DNA of 64,000 nucleotides from Iphione sp. A-MEVVRFRX5 (taxonomy: Eukaryota), in NCBI GenBank assembly GCA_976226885.1, contig OZ320313.1, positions 121,334,001-121,398,000 of the forward strand, read 5' to 3'. Below the pieces are notes generated by a model. It was not told the origin of the DNA. It did no database searches and saw only the letters and a list, made by a program, of their open reading frames with translations. The translations under genes were made by a program, and so were the position numbers. Shown piece by piece: positions 38,686 through 52,659 of the stretch (its first letter is position 1; each line of letters starts with the position of its first letter).

Positions 38686-41600
38686 CCCATATATGGTAAG
38701 TTCTTGATTATCTTGGTCTAATGTATGTTCATCAATTGAAAACATGAACAATAAGTCCTTTTAGGAAAAGTGGATTGAACCGCAACGAAGTGAGAAGTAC
38801 GAGGATTTAAATGTACGTATTTCTAGGAGGAGAGGCATAGTAAGGTATCTGAGAGGTTTTCAGATACACCTCAAACAAGATCTCCTTTAGGAGACGTGCA
38901 ACTACATATACAAAAGAAATTATTTCTGGCCATGATAGGTTTGATTGAAATCTAACGCTGACAAAATAGGAGAAATGAAACAAAGTAAGATGTTCGAAGG
39001 AAATGCAACGCTTGCATGATGCGGCTGATCCTGACATCCTCCTTCTCTCTCGATTCATGACACCACAATACATGGAATATGTTCATCAGTTAGGGCCATG
39101 AGTGTCACTGGAGGTTATTGATAGAAAAAGAAACGATGTACATGTATTTTTCTTTTGCAAGGAAGGGTCTTTAGTGAGAATCACCACCATTGTATTCGTC
39201 ATGTTCGTTGGTCCGCTAAGTGTTTATTTATGAATGTATTAAAATGAATTAAAATGAAATGATTTGTTTTAGTCCAAATCCATCATGTAAATCCTCATAC
39301 GGCGTCGATGTTGGTTCCTCTAACAACTCTACTTTCTTTCGTTCAGCTGTTTCGCAGTCTTGTGTTTGTGAGAACCTGTGTCGCGATTACCGTCATCCAC
39401 ATCACGATTTACTTTCTTCCAATATAACCCCAAATTATCCTAGCTTTCACGTACGTTGCCTTTTAAACTTGCCTTAGCAGAGTCCAAATGTGCGTATCCC
39501 TTCTTGCCAGGGTGATTAAATGAAGAGTCATATCAGTAGGTCCAGTTTCCGTATCTGCAATGGTATCTGGATACAAGAAGATAGAATTCGTGCTTTAACT
39601 ATTCATTAGAATTCCTCCGCACACTCATGCCCAGGGTTGTAGTTTTAGCCGGCAGCTGCGAGCGTTGTATAACATTGTGTAGCATTGCATGAGTGTGCTG
39701 TTAGAGGTAAGAATGTGTGTAAGCACTCACCCTATTCTATAAATATGCACCCCAATGCACAGACAACACACTGGACACCAATGCAGATATGGAAACCAGG
39801 CCTTACTTACTCCTACGCTCTCCAGATATGTACACTGTTCAACTTGCACGCAAAATTCAACCTTGCGAAAATTATAGAAACAGCCATTTCACATGTCTAA
39901 TATTTCACAGGGATAACCTGAAGAATATACAAATATCACCATCCCTAAAACGTAACCTTGGCCCTGAGCCTGAACTTGCTATAATATTTACAGGGTGGTT
40001 TTGGGGGTATGAGTTCAGTAGAGTTTGTAAAGGTATGACTGACCGACTCTGATGACTTCTCTTATGATACATTCTGAAGGTGGTCAGTGTAATAGGACCT
40101 GAATTCATAAACTAACTGGTTATAATCATGTTATTGAGGTCGAAAAATGACTCATTGGTCGTTATGAATTTGTTCCTATCAAATATCTTGCTGACTGTGC
40201 TATAAAAATAGGAATCTAATGTCATCAAAACGGAAGGGAATAGTTGCAGCATGAGCGGGTGTATGGGTTGATGGAACGGGGTCGCACTATAAATCAATCC
40301 GTTTTTTTGTGGCTGCGCCAATCGACAAGAATCATAGCAAGAGGACATGGGCCAACTGTGTGATGAAGTGTCCTGCCTGGCATGCAAGGACCGGCGGCAG
40401 CATGAGAGCCATGACCGGGAGTGCTTGACAATGGCAGCGAGGGCGACCTTGTCGTGATGACCTTTACGTTACCGCCTGATCCGAGAGCCATGAGACACCT
40501 GCAGCCTATGGCCAAGAGGAGGTAGCGCCCCCATGCGACGAAAGGTCAAGTGCAAGGTGCGCGCGCCGGCCGCCAGGCGGGGTCATAAACCACTCCAAAA
40601 TGCCCCCATGTAAACACAGCGCTGCTGCTGCTGCCGCCGCCGCCACCGCCGGACATTGATATTGCAATTGTTCGTCCGCGTACGGTTCTTCTCTCACTTT
40701 CTCCGCTGACTTCACTGCCAGGCTAATGTTTTTACGTGCGCATCTAGGAGTAACAGCAGCCAACACTAACAAAGTACTTCTAGATGCAAAATTCATCGGC
40801 CGTAATAATACCCACTCTAGTCATGCTCTCTGTATGCAAGCGACAGGTGGCTACTTTATCTGTGTCAGGAAATGTATATCTTACAAGCGATAAACCTGAA
40901 TTGCTTAGCATTATTTCAACAGACAGTAGAACCTTGCCAATGGGACCACTCTAGGTTCTTTGCAAAAGTGGTCCATCTTAGGGAGTGGTCCCATTCTTCT
41001 ATATTTAGGTTAAAATAATACCCATAACTATAGTTTCAAGGTGATATGGGATGATATGAAAAGGAAACATGAGCAAGTAGAATTAGATATGAGCTATTCA
41101 GTCACTGCCTCTTTACCCTCTTACAGGTGTTTCTTAAGGTGCTAATCCTTTCTTAGTGACACTTTCTTCACATCCTGCCATACATCCTACTGTACCCATA
41201 GGAGTCCACCAGTGGTCACTTGAGCAATTTCACCAAATGTATTTCATACTTCTGAACCTCTTTGAGGATTATTTCACCTCCATAACAGTGGTCCCATTTG
41301 TGAGACTTCATGATCTTTTCACAAGTGGTCCAAGGTGATGTGGTTCCCTTAAGGGGATGGCCCCTCTATTGAGACCTATGAAAATACTTAAAAAAACTAC
41401 CATGAAGTGACAGTCAATGGGTCTGCATGAGTTTTCGCATGCCGCATGAAGCCACAGGCTGAGTGCAGTGTGCGAAAAGGAATGTGGTGTCTTGTTTTTA
41501 TTCCCCACCTTTTTGTATGCATTTTCTGTCAAAACATCCCCATTTTGGGGTGAAATTCGTAGTTAATTCTACTCAGAGACAGCATGTACGCTGCAAAAGC

Positions 41601-44600
41601 ATCATGATAAATGAGCATTATGCACATGTTTGACCTAAAACATATTTGAGTTTAGCATGTGCATTGGTCAAAAATCTTTTTCTTCCAGTCTCCAGTGAGC
41701 ATGATGCACTCAAAGCGATCATACAAACTGAAATATAAGTCTAAATGACTTGGGAATATGTGAGAAATGTGCAGTATGATATATTTATATAATTTTTATC
41801 TTGGTTGCATTACAAATCCATAGTTCCATGAAGGAAAACCAAGTTGATATGAGTCCGCCATTTTAATTTGGTTGAATTGGAACGTAGTACTATTATGATG
41901 TCTTATTTTTAACCTTTGACCTCATACAACAGGTTTGTTGGGGATTCATATACAGAAAATGCACACTCCGAGACTGTGATCTTGTCAAAGAATAATGGAC
42001 AAGTGGGGAATAAAGGCTGTTCTGCTGTCACCTAAGGAAATTCTCCGGTGGTTGTTGTGTTAACATTTTTATTACAGTACGTTATCCTTGATGATATAAC
42101 CCATTTCAATCATGCTCCTAATGCATCAGTGACGGATGTCAGCCGGGTAAGTTCAATCTCGGAAAACGTAAGTTTTAGGCAAAGAATCTATATCTCTTTC
42201 TAAACACATCCTTCTGAATCTGCACCATCTCTGCACTCCATAACACTTCAATCAAGTTAAGATGTGTCTAGGGCATCACCGTTTATCTTGGAGAGGTAGG
42301 CGCCGCAAACCTGAATAAGTAAATCGTGGGCAATGATGCACCTTCATTAACAATACATTTATCAGAGGAAAATCAGGATCTGAACAATAATTCCCGAGGG
42401 AGAGGCAAAGCTGCGTGTGTTCATATATAATCAGTCCATCATTCCTTTGTTAACTGGAGAGATAACGTGAACAATGAGGATTTGGTCGGAAATCAACGAT
42501 TAGAATTCAATGCAGAAGGACGTTTCTCCTTTCGCTTGGCTGAATACAGGTAGCAGATTAATGTCATTTGGATTCCTTCAGGGGGACAGTCATTCGACAA
42601 CAGCAGTTTGCAATTTGTCCTTGAATCCTAGATCATGACTTAAAACAATGATTCGGGTTCCACCGTGTCTGCACACGTATATTACGATGAGATATAAGTC
42701 CACGGTATTGCCAAGTATTGCATTGTGGACAAAATGCTCTGGTACACCGCCATTGTGGCAATTTTGATGGTTAATAGTGTTTAACAATGCATATAGTGGA
42801 TTTTGACATAATCAGAAGAAGATATACAGCTGCGGGTTAGGTGTTGGCTAAATAATCAATGAACGTCAAAAGCTGTGATGAGAAATTACACTGGGAAATT
42901 AGTTGCCAGGGGAATCAAACACTATATCCAAATTAGGGGTAATTCGACTCAGCCATGTGGCGGAAAATAATATTTACTATCAGACAGCGCAAGAATGTGA
43001 ACTGAAAATCTTTTCGGAATACAAGCACAGCATTGGTATGGAATCGTAATGACTATAATTATGCGTGAAGCTTGATTTTTAAAGCTTTTGTGAATAATCT
43101 TTGCAGAATACATTCTAGAGAGAAAAGGATGGAATTGGTCAACAATAATAGCACTGTTCTATTCCGCTCTATGTCCATAACTAGGTCGTCGAGTGACAGA
43201 GGAATCTCTTTTGAAGTTTAAATATCTTATGAATTGTTAAAAGGAACTTATTGCAAATAATGGAAATAACATATTCATTCATTATCATTGTCGGGCAATA
43301 CAAGTTATATCGTTTTTACAAAGAGTTGCTGAAATGTCCATTGTTTATTATATTTTGCAGCTACAACAAACCACTTTGTGATGAAGTGCCAGCCTGCTCC
43401 TTTATGGAATCATTGATATGACAGTAATAAAATAGAAACGATTGGGCGAAGAATCAACGCATGTGTACTACACAGTACTGATGAAGATTTTGGTCTCAAA
43501 TGCATATGTAACAACATAGACCAAGCGCCCACCAGCAAATACAAAATGTCCTTCCAAAATATGTTCAATGGTGTAACATTGCATGTAATATATGCAATAG
43601 TGTTTTACCTACATTTATAAAGGTAAAGCAGGCACAAAACAGAGTTTCCGATCGAAAGTACCCGGAAACTGAGCAGGCCAAACTATGTAGAATGATACAA
43701 TCTGTTAACAGTTTTCATAACCATCAGCAACAAAAGCTAACCTGTCTTCCCCCCCCCCTCCTTTGATCGGTAACATAATTCACACATCGTGTGGTGTGGT
43801 AATACACCATCTCGACAAACTAAGAAAGAGCTACGATACTGCAAACTACATTAATGATTCTTAATTAGTAAATAATTAAACATAGCAGCCGAGTTTAAAG
43901 CAAACAATATTCACCCAATTATATTAGAAAAGAGCCAATCACACGCCGATCTTTGAGGAAGAGGATCCCTGATATCAATTTGAGTCAACCAGCAATATAA
44001 GTTAAATTTAATGCCAAGAAATGGTGAGTTATTTGACTAAATGACATTTGCGTCTTTGTCCATCTGGTAAATCATTCGATTCAAACAGGCGCGGTACCTA
44101 AATGAAAAAGAAACTTTCATAATGGTAATGTGGTTGCATCAGTTCAAGTATCAGAAGGCTTTCAAATGTGTGAACCATGCGAATATATTTTACAAAGCAC
44201 GAGCAAGTAGTGTCAATGATACAAAGTGGTTTGAAAATTATCTGTCAAAGCAGTCAGCTAGTAGTGTGCAATGGTTATAAATCTGATAATGCTTCCTCTA
44301 ATGCGATGTAACACAAGGATCTGTCCTCAAACATCCCTTTGTACTAGTGCTATCTGAGCCATGGTTAAATGTGTCGAAATCATACTGCATGCTGATGCTA
44401 TGATCTTAAAAACAGTTAAGAATTATATGAGTAATGTAATGAAATGTTGTGATGAACGTAAGATTAAAGTCAACGTATTGCAGAGAGGGATAACTTTTAT
44501 GTGTGGGGTACCCTGAGTTAGTTAGGATAAGGCTACTTGACAAAATGTACTCACTCACCCCTGGGAGGGTTTAGGTTGGGGCACCCCAGGCTCAAAGGAA

Positions 44601-47600
44601 TTTTAGGTGTACTGGCTGAACCCCAGATATAAGAGTTGTTGGGGTACCCGGAGCTAGTTAGAGTTAGAGGTGACCTTAGCCCCTGGATTCCCAGGTGCTG
44701 GCCAGGTTACTAGTAGTTGATTGGTGTAGAATGACAACACAAGAGACATTGTATACATTTTATTCCAAAGCGAGATATATGGTTGCTACTTTTTGTGATC
44801 ACATGACTTGTTGGAGAAGTAAAAATGTGGGTCCTGTGGGACCAATAAACCAGTTTGCACTTGGACTACCTTTGTGGCACTTGTTCTTCCGGGGAACCTT
44901 ACCAGCACATAACCACTTGGAACTACCTTCTGGGAGGATACGTGGGCTAGCCTCAGTGGATTATACTAAGCCAGGACAATAGTAACAATAGCTGGATACA
45001 ACCAAGTGGAGAGTTAACCACGCAGATTACAGTATAGAAAACCAAATGTATAACATATGCCTAATCACAGCATTCTAAATACTCAAACAATAAACTGCAC
45101 ATATTACTTGATGGTGTATTATCTTGAACAGATGCAGATTGTGGATCTAAGTGTATGTATTGACAGGAACTCAAGCTAATGAAAAACATCAACATGCAAT
45201 CAAAAGTAATCACGAAACTCCACAAAAATTAAGGATGCTTCTCACTAAAACCACTGCACGGTTGCTTCTAAAGATTAGATTTCTCCCCTGCGGTGAATAT
45301 ACTGGTATTGTCCTGAATGATACGAAGAGCGCTAACTTCAACAGGCCGGTGGTTCATCTGAATTAATGCTGTTGTGTTGCTCTGGGGTATAATGAAACAT
45401 GATATAATTCGACTGCGAATGTGTATAGGTCACTGAACCAGGTTTCGCTGACACTGCGACTCATATTCCAGCTGTGCCTTGAAAAACTCAGAGAAAATAA
45501 TGAACAAGACGCAGGAATGATTGAGCGACGACATATCCGACTGGACTCACTGTAGCCATCTACGGCGAACCGTGAGCATTCCTGCGACTGTACCAGGTGT
45601 GCTGCGCTCATGTGTTGGATATACACTAATGCTGTAAATACACATGCCATTATTACATGCTCATCTTATCACAATTAGTATATAAAAAGTTACCAAGACC
45701 AGGAACAATTTTATGTTTTGCGGGTCAATTTTCTGAACAAAGAAAATAAATGAAAAACGGTGTTGGGTGTCTTCGCGCACCTTCGAAACCCCACTTCAGT
45801 GCCTCTGGTAATGGGCATCGTTTGTTCGGGGGAGCTTGCTTGAATCCTCCCTTGTTGACATCGTTATAGGCTGCCGTCAATCTGGGAAGAGTACTATTCA
45901 TCACTGCCACGCTACTTGAAAAATTCCACAAACATTGATAAATATCTCGTTCATCATTTTCTTGTGCAAATGAGATCTTCGTGGCGTTACTCTTTGAATA
46001 CTTAACGACGACATTGTGTGAAAAGGTTCAAATACGATTTGTGACGGTGCCTGGACTACAAGAGCAACAACTCGTCCAGCTGTATTTAAATTCATGTGAT
46101 TAATTTGAGCGCCGGAGATTCGGGGATTATTAACATTTCATCTTTATTGTCTTTTATCGTGTCCAAAACGAGGGATATCAGTCGTACAATGTTTCCAAGG
46201 TGTTCCCATTGAAGACGTGGATAAAATACAGAGTCGTGATGCATCTTGGGACTGTTTCATTTAAAGAGGTACGGCGCTTGCAACCTGCCTGGATGTACAA
46301 TGTGCCTATGATTAATTCCTTTATACATGCCTTTGTCTTACACTTCGGTGCTATAGACGCGTGGGGTATCTCTTGGCTATAGCGATCAACCTTCCAAAAT
46401 AACATCGATCAATTTTTTTTCGACGATTTTCGAAAGTCCGTCACCCACTTCCCAAACTTAAACTCAATTGCCACCACTGTACCTAACGATTTTTGGGTGT
46501 CAGCCCATTTACGCATACAGCCGATGTTAATATCTTGATCGAACCAGGTGTCATATACATCTCAGGGGACAAGGAGAGCAGGACTCTTTCAGTCACACGG
46601 AGGACACATCAGCGACGTGATCCCTCCCTCCCCTTCCCCCCCAAACGTTGATCCAATGATGAGCCCACATCGATGCTGACCATTAAGGACGCCTTTCACA
46701 ATGTCCCAGGAACAGCCTCCAGGGCTTTTGTCGCCATTGCTGAGATAATCACGAACATCAGAGAGATGATGACAGCATCCGCGAGCGTTCATTCTTTGTT
46801 GGCACATTTTGCTATCGGCCTCCAGAGCCCAGGTGTGATTGCTGTTCTAGTGAGTCTTCTGTCCTTGTCAATAACATGTTCACTTTAACCGGTCAAGACG
46901 GAAATATGACACTCTGGGCAAATGGACAAAATAATGAATGTTGTATTTAACACTAAGTAGAGGGTTAATTCTCTCTGGAGTTCTTTTCAGATGTATCACG
47001 TACCCAAACCATAAGTATTTCAACAGTGTCTCGCCTATACATTTTACCGCATAAAGTTGTATGAGGTCCTCGTTTGAATCGTTTCTGTAAATCATGATCG
47101 ATGTTAGTTGAAATATTGTCGGATTATATTAAACCCTGTGAGGTGAATGCATTATCCTTCGGGATTGAAATCCTCGAGGGTACAGAACCTAACACCATTA
47201 ACACCATTAACGGAAACAAGATTTAAATTGAAAAGAATGAGGCTTCCCCAAAGTGACCTCAGTCTAGAAGAAAAGAAGGCCAGCGCTGTGCAGCCTGTCT
47301 CCTCAGACTTAAATCATCTCGAATGTAACCTCCTGCGTTCTTTAACTCCTCCTGCATAACAGAGTGCGGTTGAGTGTACCATTGAAACGTGTGGCTAGGT
47401 GTATAAAACCCCCTGTGTATACCAGAGCTCTGTAGCACTTCAAAGTCCTTCCAAGCAGTGAGTACTACATGAACCTTAAAGCTATGTAGGTGTGGCTTCA
47501 AACCTTGCTCAGGCATCAATGATAGGGCTGACGTGCTTCATGAGTAGGCTTCATTTTGTCAGTCACAAATTCGTGATATTCCTGCAGGAGTCCCAGATTA

Positions 47601-50600
47601 ACAGTGCAGTTTCCAGTTTTAACCAATTAGAGGTAATGAGTTCAGGGGAGAGTGGGGTTGGAAATGTCAGTTTTCATCCATCATACTTGATGAACACCTG
47701 CGGAGAAGAGTGGCAGTTGGCAGTCCTTTCGATGGGGTTAGGGGGAACCGCGTGTCTCCTTCAATTGTGGCAAAACATATGCTGAAAGCTCGCTCCCTTT
47801 ATGCTTCTAGGAAATCATAATGTGGAAGGCATTCGGCTGCTCACAATGCACATTGTCGTAATTAAAGATTAATGTGGTTGATGGTCCCTGTTAAACTTTA
47901 AGGGCAAACGTTTGTTGGTTCCCTTTAAATAGTCATCATAGTCCTGGAGGTCTGGATAAAACCTTCACCCGCTGAACAGTTTCTAAGTCATTTATCTTCG
48001 TCCATTTTATCGGGGCATGTGACGAACTAACACCACTACTATTGAAGAGGGTCATCGAGGAGATTGCAATCTCCTCTTACTTTAGAGGTATCGATTCAAA
48101 TAGTTCTCCTAGACCTAGGATTATTACAAATAACAAAAGCTACAGCTCCTCTTTGCAGGTGACACATTAAGCTGTTATAGACAAATGATATACAATGTAT
48201 AACGATGTAGAAACGTAAATATTCCAAGAGAGCAAAAGTCAAATAATAAAAATGTTATACGGCACTCGAGGAATTTGAAGAGCTTTTAAATGCCACAACT
48301 TAAAATCTATGTGGGGTCATCACACAGAAAATGTATTTTACAAAACAAAACAATTCCACCTGTTCATAATCACACAAAAATTGATGACTAAAGTTGATCA
48401 GGGTGAAGTTGGCTCGTGCCACTGGTTTTAAAAAGCCACCATTGAAATACGTGTACGATAGTATGGGGCGCCTGACAATCCGTCGCTCATAAATTATTAA
48501 ACGATTCCTGAAGCATGACACCGTTTTCGCTGCCCCCATTGAAGCGAGTGGAACAGAATATTGGAAGCTATTTTCATGGCAATCGGAAACGGTCAAGATT
48601 AAAATTTCAAATTGAATCATGGTCCGTCCTTTTCTCAAAATAACAGGTAACTGCTGATTCAACTAACCCTGTTGTGCCGCATCGATTCCCCCAATTCCTA
48701 TACTACTACGACATTAGTTTTGAGGCTAACACTTCCATTTAGGTGACAAAATAAGTTGTAAAAGATATGGAATATTTACACTAACTCTTTCAGAATGACA
48801 GATATTTGCGAATATACAGCCTTTGATTATGTGAGTTTTTTCTCTGTGACTGACTGCGTAGTACATATCCTGCAATGTAGAAAAGGTTCGCATTCGTCGT
48901 CATAGCAATTTCAACGGCATTCAAATGCCACTGCGTATGAGGTTCTCCGCATTGTGAATTATTTATCTGACAATAGCCGTGCGAGGTGACAAAACCACTG
49001 ACATCAATCGAGCGATGTAAAATGCATGCGAATATCGGCTGTTTGCTAGAAGAATGAGAACAGGAATTGTTCATTTTAGTGACCTGCTTTGCCAGCACAT
49101 CACTCAGGCCAAAGGGACACCTAGGGATACAACCATGTATTATACCCATCGACAAGTAGTGTATTATTTACCTGGTCATTAGTGTGGTAAACTTAGACAG
49201 GTACACTCGCCTTTTCCCGAGTCGTTTCCTACATTTCCATCTTCTGGGGACGAGTTGTAAATTCTTAAAGATTGAAACAGTCTGGACAAAAGAGGCTCTT
49301 TCCCGTTTCACGAGGTGGTTTTCGGAGCTGCCCCTTTTTGCTTAGAGTTGCTCACCTAAGGCTGAACGCTCCTTTTCAAAGGCCACAGCTCTCGACGCTT
49401 AACATTGGGGCACGCAAAGGCGGAAAACGGGTGTATTCTTTTTTCGCTCCAACCACGGTTGAATTGAACTCCAACGACTAACTGTGAGTGAAGTCCAGTT
49501 CGGTTTTCAGTCCGCTGCATCCCCGCCGCCGTGCGATATCCCCAGTAGCCAAGCATCTAGGCACCACTTCCTGGGCAACTCACCCCCTAAGGCGGCTACT
49601 CAATAAAAGGAATCAACTGCAAGACCTGTTTCTGCCCATTCTCGGGAGCGGAGACTATCCAGACAGCGGTCGTAAATGTTGCACTAAGGCGTCCAATATG
49701 TTGCAAGGCATTCCTCAGTATAGTTTTACTACGTGCAAGTGTCACTCGAGTCTGAATTGTATGCATCCTCTGGCCATTTCGGGCGAAAATTGCAGCTCTG
49801 CACCACAACCATTCCGATTGTTTATGGATGCATCTGGTATATATTTAGTATCTTAAAATAGTGTTACCGAACTGCTCGTCTGTTTTCACTCCCAAAATGC
49901 AGTCCATAGATTGTAAATAGATATATCCACACTACACAAAATGTAAATCATATTTTAGATAAAACATTCCTTTTCCTTGTGAAGGGAAATACTTTTCCTA
50001 TGAACCAATGATAACTTTGCTTTTGTGCAAAGACGGTTGCATCAAAATCGGAACTCTTCCTAAATATTCCTCATGGAATAAGAGGAGGAATAGGAGGCGT
50101 ATAGAAGCGCCTGATCTATGTCTTATTGCATGTCTGAAGCACAATATCATCTATCAGTCTGGTGCAATGTATATAAAACTGCTATCAGAAATGAAATTGA
50201 TATTCCCTAAGTAAGATGAGCATTGGTAGAAAGCTATCCATGCATCGATTTAAGTAATCTGTAGGAATAGAATGTTGATGCATCTAAATATCAAAATGTG
50301 CAATATATTTTACTTCAATTTAACAAAAATGGGTGTGGGGCAGCTTACATCAACCACTTGGGCTTCATATCATTGGCCAACCGACAATGAGGCCCATTCA
50401 TGAATTGTCGCCCTCCTTCCAAAAAAGTATACCTATTGATACCAAACCATGGGACAGACCAAAATAGGCCAGTCCAAAGCTTGGTCTCCCATGTAGGTCT
50501 CCACTGTGTTTTCTACTTGTCGGGACAATAAACTCAGTTTATTTCTCTTATGGTGGAAGCATGCAATATGCACACCATGACAAACTCATGCCCGACTCGT

Positions 50601-52611
50601 TCATACTGGGAGTTACTCACACCATGGCCAACTCATATCACCACCTTCATTGGCTGACACTCTCCATTATTTTTCAAAACATTTGATAAAGCGGTTAGTA
50701 GCTTCATTAATTTTGTCAGCGATGATCTAGGATGTTGATGACATGCATGATGAGGGTATAATCGTATCAGAGTCAGGTTTCCCATGATGTAAAGTAAATC
50801 GTCTTGCTAATATCCAGTCTATAATCAATAATTTGTGTTGTTGAATATGGGTTAACTCCAATGCAATAACCATATTACTGCACGAATGCTGGAGTGATCC
50901 CTGATTGTGAATATCAAACTCAAACCCATTATTCCATGCCTGTGTAGGGATACCGTGAGCTTACTGCATGCTAGAGAGGGGTATGGTAAATGCGTGTGCC
51001 TGAACAAATGCATTTGGCTGTCCCAAAACAAAATGAAGTACATTGTCGACTCAAACCTTCCAGGGAGCATATGAGACTAAACAGAATGTTTTTCTGAAGA
51101 AAAATGATTCTATCTGATATATTTTAAATGGATAAACTCCCCTAGTTCTATTCATTAATGGATGTCTCAGTTTTCTGTTATATTTCAATTTTGGTGTGGG
51201 CAGTTGAGAAGGGGTTTTCCAAAATGACCTTGACCTCTGTAGTTACCTCCTACAGATAAGGATTTTGTCCATATCTTTCCAGTGATAAATTTATAATTAC
51301 ACATGAAAACACATTAATTACATCATTTCTTCTTTAAGATCATTAATAGCCACTTAAAAAGGACTAGGACGTGATTATAAGGAGTAAAATCTCCAATCAA
51401 GTATATGTTCCCAGAGGCAAACAAACAGAATGGCACCAAGCAGACGTTTTTCTACACAGGTAGGGACAGGTTTAAGAAAGGTCTTCTATCATTATTTAGG
51501 CATGGAATAAAGACAGAACCAATATAGTGAAATGGGGAAAACGCCAAAGACAAGGTCAGGTGCCAAAAATACCAAACGAAGCTGTAAGGGTGAGTTTGGT
51601 ATGAAATTGGTACCTGACCGGGTCTTTGGCTTCATCCCATGATGCTTTACCCGTTTTTTCTTCTAATTACTGTCTGTTCCATTGCAATCATACTTTTAAG
51701 TTTCAAGACCTCATACAAAGAACTTCACACTTAGCGAGAGGTATTCTTAAAAGCATGCAGTTACCTGTTCGTGTAAAAACTGTATTGACAAAAAACCCAG
51801 CTGATAATCATATTGACACATAGGCATTTAACATGCATTTCAGTCTTAATTTTCTATAATATAGTATATACTGCCAAATGCCACATTAGAGACAGACATA
51901 ATATGTATGTAACTATAAGTAAGTATCTTATAGTAGAGAATGTGATTTGTTATAGTAATATTTGACTACACTGTTGAGATGGTTCCCTTGTGAACAGTTC
52001 AAGTAAAGAAGCAAGGGTCGCCTACGTTGTGATTCTCGGCTTTATCTGGGAAAAATGGATTCCAAAATTGAAATACGCGCCTCTGAGCCCCAACAATATG
52101 TCTATGTGAAGTACTTCAAATAGAAATCTCTGCGCGGTGTCTATAATAAGCACCGTGGCCTTCTTTATTGGCCCGTGCCCCGACATGTCACACAGAGATG
52201 GGTTTTGCTGTGATTGACAGCTGACCACTCCACTATCTCATCTGATTAACTATAAATTGGCCTGCCTGAACTAATCTGAACTAAGAGAGCCTCGCCCCGC
52301 CGGCAGCCCTATAGTCAGACGGGGCCTGCCAGGCATGTAGTGGCTGACGTTTACCGAGATTAGTCTTTGCCATACTTGGCAAATGCATTTCGTGTCTGCT
52401 CCTCCCATTTGCCTCGGTTCTTACACAAGGTTCTCTGCTGAGAGGTCTAAAGTGTAAAGAAACTGACAAATAATATAATATACACTTGCCCTGTTGTACA
52501 ACTATATGGGTGTTATGTAATAAGGAGACGGTATACATCTTTACAATATACAAAAGGGAGACATTTACTATTTATAAAGGAAAGTGTATGTTAGTTGTGT
52601 ATTGCTAATGT

Positions 52612-52613
<2 letters not shown>

Positions 52614-52656
<43 letters not shown>
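52614..52656. repeat. (CT)n microsatellite
   Basis: About 20 perfect CT units. Confidence 0.95.

Positions 52657-52659
<3 letters not shown>

Noticed and set aside
40506-40796. 96-aa poly-Ala ORF as a gene
   Set aside because: The Ala/Gly-Ser runs come from a trinucleotide repeat, all frames end quickly, and no suitable donor links it to a known CDS
49300-49560. THAP-domain-like fragment (KRRELW)
   Set aside because: The conserved Cys/His ligands are missing; the similarity is too weak
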